Shown: positions 1-5,726 of the stretch, piece by piece
Numbering within the stretch: position 1 is the stretch's first letter
Layout of the letters: each line of letters begins with the position of its first letter
Assembly: GCA_044356455.1 (NCBI GenBank)
Contig: JBIKWF010000101.1
Span: 1 to 16,834 of the forward strand
DNA from: Bdellovibrionota bacterium
Lineage (GTDB): Bacteria; Bdellovibrionota_C; UBA2361; JBGSMV01
Length of the DNA: 16,834 nucleotides
Direction: 5' to 3'
Translations under genes and position numbers: made by a program
Notes under the pieces: model-generated
Told to the model about the DNA's origin: nothing
The model's database searches: none
Seen by the model: only the letters and a program-made list of their open reading frames with translations

Positions 1-1
1 C

Positions 2-259
2 GAGGCTTGTTTTGCCCTCGGAATTCCCTTGCCGCTCAAAGATGCTGATGAATTCGCGCTTCAGCTCATCCCTAAAGTTGGAGATTCTGTTTCCCAAGCA
101 CTCCTCTCCAAGAAAGGGGAAATCTGTGCTGCGGCCGCAAGATTGCCCTCGCATGAGAGCTGGAGGGCCTTTCTCGTCGCCAAAGGCGTCGGACCCGCGT
201 TGGCAAAAGAACTTGATAAGTTCATTGCGGTCTCCCCACACTCACGATGCACAAACTAA
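2..259 (+). CDS. 3' end of ComEA-like helix-hairpin-helix DNA-binding protein (5'-truncated)
   Basis: Frame is open from base 2 to TAA at 257-259. LGIPLPLKDADEFALQLIPKVGDSVSQALL and FLVAKGVGPALAKELDKFI resemble the tandem HhH motifs at the ComEA C-terminus. Confidence 0.6.
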   Translation, partial: EACFALGIPLPLKDADEFALQLIPKVGDSVSQALLSKKGEICAAAARLPSHESWRAFLVAKGVGPALAKELDKFIAVSPHSRCTN

Positions 260-408
260 AAAGCTCGCCTTTCTAGCAACTTACCTATTTTTTAAAAATC
301 TATGTCACACTCCCAAGAATGTGCTAATAACACTTCTTGAGTTCGCTGGCGCGTGGGTGGTCAGCGGATGCTGTTGCGCGAGCATACAGTTCTCACCCCC
401 CAATAAGC

Positions 409-462
409 AGTGAGCTCCTTAGAAAAATAAGGATTGTCTAGGGAGCTCACTCACCCATTTTT
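409..462 (+). terminator. 15-bp hairpin followed by short T tract; possible intrinsic terminator or attenuator
   Basis: AGTGAGCTCCTTAGA (409-423) pairs with TCTAGGGAGCTCACT (437-451) with one G-U pair and a 13-nt loop; CACCCATTTTT follows. Confidence 0.45.
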
Positions 463-489
463 CTCATCTTCCCATCCAACTCCTATTCG

Positions 490-618
490 GGAACCTTTCA
501 GAAAGGATACTCCCTGAACTCAGTGCTCTTGGTGTTTGATTTAATCTGTCAAAAAACCACCGCTGGCACCTGGATCACAGAGAGAAGAATTGAAATATCG
601 CGCCTTATCAAAGGTTCC
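490..618. mobile_element. Degenerate MITE with IS5-like terminal inverted repeats
   Basis: Left end GGAACCTTTCAGAAAG (490-505) versus reverse complement of 603-618 GGAACCTTTGATAAGG, 13/16 identical. CTAG follows the right end (619-622); the left flank TTCG is not a perfect duplicate. Confidence 0.5.
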
Positions 619-805
619 CTAGGTAGGGCGCGCCGTCCCCGGCGTGCCGCAACAAATGCCGCCGGGCATCCACGGACCGGTTCTCTTGCACAACCAGTTC
701 GGTGGACAAATACATGCTACGTGCCGGGACGCAAGATCTTGCGGCACCGCGGGGCTTGTCGCGGCGCCGCCTACTGGCAGAGACGGAACGCGGCGCCCTA
801 CCTAG
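619..805. repeat. GTAG-type REP doublet / REPIN-like element
   Basis: Perfect 13-bp inverted ends CTAGGTAGGGCGC (619-631) / GCGCCCTACCTAG (793-805). GTAG (623-626) is followed by a 9-bp GC hairpin (627-648). A second GTAG on the minus strand (774-771) is followed by an 11-bp hairpin (741-770). Confidence 0.65.
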
Positions 806-840
806 AAGCCGCGACGCTGCCGTAAGGCGTAGGCGGCTTC
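805..840. repeat. GC-rich REP-like hairpin
   Basis: GAAGCCGC (805-812) / GCGGCTTC (833-840) enclose GCC-GTAA-GGC and a GTAG. Confidence 0.4.
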
Positions 841-923
841 GCGTTACTTGAAAGCTATTGAATAACGCAGAGGAGAAACAGGACAGGAAAAGCCCTATCT
901 CTAGTTTTTCGGAGGTTACCCAG
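840..923 (+). mobile_element. Truncated copy of the 5537-5677 MITE (core plus right end)
   Basis: 840-874 is 31/35 identical to 5579-5613. GAAACAGGA follows, then right end GTTTTTCGGAGGTTAC (904-919; 13/16 to 5662-5677) and CCAG. Confidence 0.7.
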
Positions 924-1008
924 TAGTTCGAGGCCCTCTCATCTCAGACGCGTATTCGACCCCTTGTATTGAACACAAGTGGGATAGGATATTGCCTCTC
1001 AAGTACCC

Positions 1009-2991
1009 ATGCTTACTACTAGATCATTTTTCTCCCGCAGGTTCTGGACTCTCCTTGCAGTCCTTGTTGTCACCCTGGCTGCCTTCGGAACCTATTTTTA
1101 TCGCTACGCTCAGCCCGCATTTTTTTTCTGGGACGAGAACTATCATGTGGCGAGCGCCCAAAAATATTTGCATGGGGTATACTTCATGGAGGCGCACCCC
1201 CCTCTCGGTAAACAGCTTATCGCCCTCGGCGAATGGCTCTTTCATCCCAATGCGGATACCACTCAGTTTCTTGGTACTGATCACGCCAAGAACACACCGG
1301 AAGGTTACTCCTTTGAGGGGTACCGATTTTTCCCTGCACTGCTCGGTTGGCTAACCGCCCCTATTCTCTTTTTTATTTTTCTGCGCATCACAAGACGCCC
1401 CCTGTGGGCTGGTCTCTTTTGTTCGCTCTATATATTTGACACCGCACTCATCGTGCATGCGCGCGGCGCCATGCTGGAGGGTCCACAGCTCTTCTTCATC
1501 GCCCTGATGGTGCTGTGTTTTATGCAGGTGTGGCGCCGCGTTAGTGAGGCGGGCCGAGCGCATGGGGCGGGACTGCTGTGGTGGAGCCTTGGGACAGGCG
1601 CGTGCTTTGGGGCGATAATGGCGACCAAGGTGAACGGACTTATTTTTGCTCCTCTGCTTGCAGCCCCGCTGCTCCTTCTTAGAGATGCAAAGTGGGGAAA
1701 GGGGCTCGCCGCCTGTCTGCTCTCGCTGCTCGGCGCAATGCTTACCTACCTACCTCCTTGGTACGTGCATTTTTCTTTAGGCACCTCTATTAACACCCAG
1801 CTTCCCGACCGCGGGCTCTATCAGGCCTCACGCGAATACCGTGAAGCACTGAAAGAGAAAAAAACTGATTCTCTCGCTCTTTTCCCTACGTTCCACCGTG
1901 ACTCGCTCGCATTTGTTGCGCACTACCAAAAAGGAGTCCCGAAGCTCAATCTTTGCAACAAGGATGAAAACGGAAGCCCCGCCTGGTGGTGGCCTTTGGG
2001 CGGGCGCTCTATTAACTATCGCTGGGAACGGGACGGCGAAGCGACTCGCTATCTCTTCTTACAATCCAATCCCGCGGTATGGTTTCTTGGCCTTGCCGGT
2101 ATTCTAGGAAGTCTGGCCTTGCTGTTCGGAAGTTTTGTTTCAAGGGGGCGGCTCAAGCTTAAACAACCTGCGCTGATGTCGATTTTTGCGTCTCTCTATC
2201 TTGGATACATGGCAGTGATGCTACAGCTTCCACGCGTCATGTATCTGTATCATTATTTTATTCCCCTCCTTATAAGCTTCTTCTTAAGCGCCTTGGTATT
2301 TGTCGAATTGAGATCGCTTTTAAACTGGCGCCTTACTCCCTCGAGAAAGACGGCCCTCCTTCTTGGGATGACCATGGTTATCTTGGGAGGCTTTGTATAT
2401 TTCCGGCCACTTGCCTATTCCCTTCCGCTTACGCGCAGCGAAGTTGAAAGCCGAGCATGGCTGAGTGTCTGGGATCTGCGCTGCCCGGCTTGCGAGCGGA
2501 CAAATCGTATTGCAAGCCCAACGTGCGATCCAAAAGTGAAGGATGCCCCTGATGTCGCTATCAACGGGATAAGGGCTGATTCAGGGACGCAGGAGTGGGG
2601 AGACCCCCAGCAAGACACCAGCGTTGAGGAACGCCCGATAGTCGTAAAGGGGATCCCCTATTCCAGTGCAATAGGAGTACATGCCTATTCTTCTCTCAAA
2701 TTTAAGCTAAATCGGAAGTACGCTCATTTCTCAGGTAGTGTCGCGCTACCTGATTACCTTGCCGAGAAGCCCCAGGGAGGCGGTACGGTCATCTTTGAAA
2801 TATACGCGGATGGCGAGAAGCGCTGGCAAAGTCCCGTAGTGAAGGTCTCTGAAGATCCGGTGGCATTCTCGGTTCCATTAGGCACGTCTGCTGAGAAAAA
2901 TGCGCAGATACTTGAGCTTGTGGTTCGGGATGCAGGAGATGGAAATACGAATGACCATGCCGTGTGGCTAAACCTGACGCTTAGCGAATAG
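1009..2991 (+). CDS. Lipid-carrier-dependent protein O-mannosyltransferase-like glycosyltransferase (PMT/GT39) with C-terminal NPCBM/NEW2 domain
   Basis: 660 aa, many hydrophobic segments. FWDENYH (DE motif), HPPLGKQLIALG, SPAWWWP, NPAVW and RVMYLYHY are typical of PMT. The C-terminus (QEWG..D.SV, IGVHA.S, VIFEIYADG, LELVVRDAGDGNTNDHAVW) is typical of NPCBM. Confidence 0.85.
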   Translation: MLTTRSFFSRRFWTLLAVLVVTLAAFGTYFYRYAQPAFFFWDENYHVASAQKYLHGVYFMEAHPPLGKQLIALGEWLFHPNADTTQFLGTDHAKNTPEGYSFEGYRFFPALLGWLTAPILFFIFLRITRRPLWAGLFCSLYIFDTALIVHARGAMLEGPQLFFIALMVLCFMQVWRRVSEAGRAHGAGLLWWSLGTGACFGAIMATKVNGLIFAPLLAAPLLLLRDAKWGKGLAACLLSLLGAMLTYLPPWYVHFSLGTSINTQLPDRGLYQASREYREALKEKKTDSLALFPTFHRDSLAFVAHYQKGVPKLNLCNKDENGSPAWWWPLGGRSINYRWERDGEATRYLFLQSNPAVWFLGLAGILGSLALLFGSFVSRGRLKLKQPALMSIFASLYLGYMAVMLQLPRVMYLYHYFIPLLISFFLSALVFVELRSLLNWRLTPSRKTALLLGMTMVILGGFVYFRPLAYSLPLTRSEVESRAWLSVWDLRCPACERTNRIASPTCDPKVKDAPDVAINGIRADSGTQEWGDPQQDTSVEERPIVVKGIPYSSAIGVHAYSSLKFKLNRKYAHFSGSVALPDYLAEKPQGGGTVIFEIYADGEKRWQSPVVKVSEDPVAFSVPLGTSAEKNAQILELVVRDAGDGNTNDHAVWLNLTLSE

Positions 2992-3024
2992 TGCCTTAAA
3001 CTTCTATTTCCGTCGTTTCCCTCC

Positions 3025-3086
3025 CTTAGTGTTCTTTGTGTTCTTAGTGGTTGTTTTTACAAACCACTAAGAACACAAAGAACACT
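3025..3086. repeat. Perfect 25-bp inverted repeat built of 9-nt units
   Basis: AGTGTTCTTTGTGTTCTTAGTGGTT (3028-3052) / AACCACTAAGAACACAAAGAACACT (3062-3086), 9-nt loop, just 3' of the PMT stop. Confidence 0.9.
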
Positions 3087-3249
3087 GTTGTTTCTAGAAT
3101 TGCTCCTTCCTCACCCCGCAAGCTCTGCGCACTCCGAAACACCCCTACTCCATAGACCTAGGGGGTGACGATAACTGGCACCCAAGGAGAACAAAAATTG
3201 CCCCAAGTGCCATCAAACGGTTAGCTCTGGTGCCGTTACCTGTCGTTTT

Positions 3250-3265
3250 TGGCATGCGACTTGCC
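3250..3265 (+). promoter_or_regulatory. sigma54 (RpoN) -24/-12 promoter
   Basis: TGGCATG-CGAC-TTGC matches TGGCACG-N4-TTGC with correct spacing, about 100 bp upstream of the ATG at 3367. Confidence 0.65.
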
Positions 3266-3366
3266 TTTTAGGTCCTTATCGAAGCGTGCGCCGAGTGCCC
3301 GTTCATTAGCTCTACGCGCTTTGCTGATTTTGACGCATCAATGAATAGAAGTAGTGGAGACAGTCT

Positions 3367-3708
3367 ATGGGATCAAGCAGACAAACACCCGCATCAACGC
3401 TCGACCAGATTAAAGATTTACTCCTTACCCCTATTCCTCTCTTTGGAAAGCCACAAAGAAGGACAGGCGTGAATCGTAGAAGGTCTCCCCGCAGGGCAGA
3501 CGCCGAGCGCGCACCTGCCCCCTCAGCCTTTCACTTGACTGGTCCACTGGAGAAAGGCGCCTATACGAAATTTGCAATTGGCGGCGAAGATATCGTGATA
3601 GATGCCAATACCTGGATTTTTGGAGAATTCCGATTAGGCTCTATTGCCGTCGTCAAGGGCGAGCGGATTGGGTCTCAAAACTTTGCAAAAAAATTTACTA
3701 TAAGTTAG
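3367..3708 (+). CDS. Small protein with Arg-rich linker and C-terminal DUF5666-like beta domain
   Basis: GGAGA RBS 6 nt before ATG. LTGPLE..FAIGGEDIVIDANTWIFGEFRLGSIAVVKGE...AKKFTI fits the DUF5666 pattern. Confidence 0.65.
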   Translation: MGSSRQTPASTLDQIKDLLLTPIPLFGKPQRRTGVNRRRSPRRADAERAPAPSAFHLTGPLEKGAYTKFAIGGEDIVIDANTWIFGEFRLGSIAVVKGERIGSQNFAKKFTIS

Positions 3709-3718
3709 AGAGTGCGGC

Positions 3719-3761
3719 GCGAGCTCCTCGGTGCCAAGTTCCAAGCCGGAGCTGCTCTTTT
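3719..3761 (+). terminator. Possible weak terminator after the DUF5666-like gene
   Basis: AGCTCC (3722-3727) / GGAGCT (3748-3753) followed by GCTCTTTT; large loop. Confidence 0.25.
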
Positions 3762-4076
3762 CAATCCAAACTTTCACGGTAGAAGATTCTTCGTAAATTG
3801 GGAGCACTGGCTCTCTACTAGAGGTCAGACTGCAATCCAGACCAAACTGCGATCAAGTTGCCGCATCACCATGAGGCAACAGCTCCTCATGAGATCAGAG
3901 CTCTCAGCGAAGACAAGGTGCCCACATTCGATTCTAACGACTACCCGAAATAGAATCGGACGTGGGATTCACCCTGGCGATAGGTTTTATCGGATGTTTT
4001 ATCAAAGAAATGGTTGCGAAACTCTTGCCTCGAGAAGCGAAAACAAGCGCTCGTGAGATTCATGCTCTTCTTTTTC

Positions 4077-4116
4077 AAGTCCCTGCAACTTTAAGGCGCT
4101 GCAACTTTAAGTCCCT
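4077..4116 (+). repeat. 16-bp tandem direct repeat, 2.5 copies
   Basis: AAGTCCCTGCAACTTT AAGGCGCTGCAACTTT AAGTCCCT. Confidence 0.7.
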
Positions 4117-4227
4117 TCGGCGCACTCCCGTGTGGGGGTCTCTCTTAGTCGGCGAAAATACTCGCTGACTTGGAGAGATTCCCATCGTGGGGGTTCTCGT
4201 TCCAGACCTGCAGAAAGAGGAAACATC

Positions 4228-4653
4228 ATGGATGAACACGGTTCGGATAAAAACGGTGCAGATGAGCGCAGCGCGGCTGCGGGAAGCTCTGCTCTTGGTA
4301 TCGAAGAACAGAGTCACGGCGGTCCCCTTGATCCTACCTTGAACGACTACTGGCTGTACTTCGAGCGTGGAACTCTGTTCCTCATGCACATCATCTCGCG
4401 CGAGCGCGTCGGACTGAGCGGGCACACCGAAAACTCGGTTTGCCTTCGCAGCAAGGCTCAGGATAGCCGTCAGGAAGTGACGGCGTACCTTGAGTACCGG
4501 GGCGATAGTCAGATCAAGGTAATCCTCGCGGGAGGTTCGCTGCGGAAAAGCGCGACCGACCCGAAGCGCTATCGGTCGGCAGTTGTCGTGCTTCCGCACA
4601 TCGTCGCTGACAGCTGGTATCCGATGCCGGACAAGGCAGGCGCTTCAGCTTAG
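4228..4653 (+). CDS. Hypothetical protein (141 aa)
   Basis: AGAGGA RBS upstream of ATG 4228; strongly C/G-ending codons; no recognisable motif. Start moved from 4132 to 4228 because of the RBS. Confidence 0.6.
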   Translation: MDEHGSDKNGADERSAAAGSSALGIEEQSHGGPLDPTLNDYWLYFERGTLFLMHIISRERVGLSGHTENSVCLRSKAQDSRQEVTAYLEYRGDSQIKVILAGGSLRKSATDPKRYRSAVVVLPHIVADSWYPMPDKAGASA

Positions 4654-4690
4654 AGGGAAAGCAAAGAGAGACCGGCGATTTGCAAGACAG

Positions 4691-4798
4691 TTGGGCCGGG
4701 ACGCCCTTCTACACTCTCCGGAGTGCGCCGCGATCGTCTACCAAGAGGCCAATCGCATTTTGCGGTTCTACATGCCAGGGCGTCCCACCCAAATTTTT
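4691..4798. other. Multi-stem structured intergenic element (candidate ncRNA)
   Basis: GGGACGCCCT (4698-4707) / AGGGCGTCCC (4777-4786) plus TTGGG/CCCAA outer stem; internal hairpin CACTC-TCCG-GAGTG; TTTTT follows. Confidence 0.35.
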
Positions 4799-4805
4799 GA
4801 AGGAC

Positions 4806-4879
4806 AACCACTAAGAACACTAAGAACACAGAGAAACACGACGAGGAAGAAAAGATGGAGGCTTTCAGAGACTCCCTAG
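4806..4879 (+). mobile_element. MITE right half: 9-mer arm, A-rich spacer, IS5-like right end, CTAG
   Basis: AAC CACTAAGAA CACTAAGAA CACAGAGAA (4806-4835); GGCTTTCAGAGACTCC (4860-4875; 13/16 to 5662-5677); CTAG 4876-4879. Confidence 0.6.
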
Positions 4880-5415
4880 CAGTCTTCTATGCGCGGGAGC
4901 TCACCTTCTATTTGCAGCTTCGAGCCCGCCACAATTCCAGATTTCGCCGCAGTACCTGCACGAAGCTCGACGACGTATTGACTCGGCTCTTCAATGGAAC
5001 GGGAGATTTCGTTTAAAGGTGGGACGTCTGACAGGACGCCCACTACGGTGAAGGTGTGATCGAGGAAGACCATATCAAGAGACAAGAGTGTGTTTCTCAT
5101 CCAGAAACGCTGAACTTCAGAGCGGGGAAAAAGGAAAATCATCGCTCTATTCTCTGGGAAGTCCTCTAATCGGCGAAACATGAGTCCCTCTTGGCGTCCC
5201 TGACACGTATTTCGCACTTCAAAGTCAAAAGCAGCGGCCGCACTGTTTTTGCCCTGGAATGCTCCGCGCAGGAGCACAGGGCGATTTACCCACCAGCCGT
5301 AACCCTGAATAGCCCCCACACACAGGGCTACTATCAGAAGAATTACAACTATTTGCTTTGCCGCTCGCTCAAATCGCTTAGCATTTGTTCCCATTGCGGA
5401 ACGGTACCTATTCAC
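4876..5415 (-). CDS. DUF192 domain protein with N-terminal membrane anchor
   Basis: RQEGLMFR, MIFLF, FWMRNTLLSLDMVFLD and YVVELRAG motifs. Start could be GTG 5415 or ATG 5394. Confidence 0.9.
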   Translation of the reverse strand: MNRYRSAMGTNAKRFERAAKQIVVILLIVALCVGAIQGYGWWVNRPVLLRGAFQGKNSAAAAFDFEVRNTCQGRQEGLMFRRLEDFPENRAMIFLFPRSEVQRFWMRNTLLSLDMVFLDHTFTVVGVLSDVPPLNEISRSIEEPSQYVVELRAGTAAKSGIVAGSKLQIEGELPRIEDC

Positions 5416-5532
5416 TAAGCACCTTACAAGAGAATGGATGCCTTAACGCCATGGAGAAAGGCTGGCGCGACTGGCTCTTGGCCTCCGATGAGACTCTCGT
5501 GAGCCGCCAGATGCCTCTCAAGTCATTTTTAC

Positions 5533-5681
5533 CTAAGGAGCATCTGAAAAACTCCCCCTCCGCGTACTCAGCGTCCTCCGCGTTATTTAAAAACTATTGA
5601 ATAACGCGGAGGACGCAGAGTACGCGGAGGGAAAACAGGAAAAAAAAAGTTCCTTTTCGTGGTTTTTCAGAGGCTCCCTAA
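5533..5681. mobile_element. Intact 141-bp MITE (5537-5677) with IS5-like TIRs, CTAA target duplication and internal 32-bp hairpin
   Basis: CTAA (5533-5536) GGAGCATCTGAAAAAC ... GTTTTTCAGAGGCTCC CTAA (5678-5681); TIRs 15/16. Internal inverted repeat 5556-5587 / 5600-5631 is 31/32. Confidence 0.85.
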
Positions 5682-5690
5682 GTCTGGGGG

Positions 5691-5720
5691 TTGACCAAAC
5701 TCCTACTCATTTAGTAGGAA
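5691..5720 (+). promoter_or_regulatory. Putative promoter (-35 TTGACC) with overlapping palindromic operator TCCTACT-N5-AGTAGGA
   Basis: TTGACC at 5691-5696; perfect 7-5-7 palindrome at 5701-5719, immediately upstream of the ABC operon. Confidence 0.5.
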
Positions 5721-5726
5721 TTGCGC

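Noticed and set aside
523..825. 100-aa ORF
   Set aside because: Runs across MITE and REP repeats; no RBS or protein-like motif.
3712..4599. ORFs 3712-4056, 3962-4168 and 4075-4599 (minus)
   Set aside because: No convincing RBS or motifs; the minus ORF is a shadow of the better-supported 4228-4653 gene.
4698..4791. tRNA (acceptor-like GGGACGC/GCGTCCC-ACCCA, about 90 nt)
   Set aside because: No pairing T-arm around GGTTCTAC, no canonical D-arm or anticodon arm, and the end is not CCA.
993..5523. Shared 12-mer TGCCTCTCAAGT at 993-1004 and 5512-5523
   Set aside because: Lies on opposite sides of the respective MITE copies; several 12-mer matches are expected by chance in 17 kb.
5454..5530. Long imperfect hairpin upstream of DUF192
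   Set aside because: Only 3-5 bp segments with large bulges in GC-rich DNA; not distinguishable from chance by eye.
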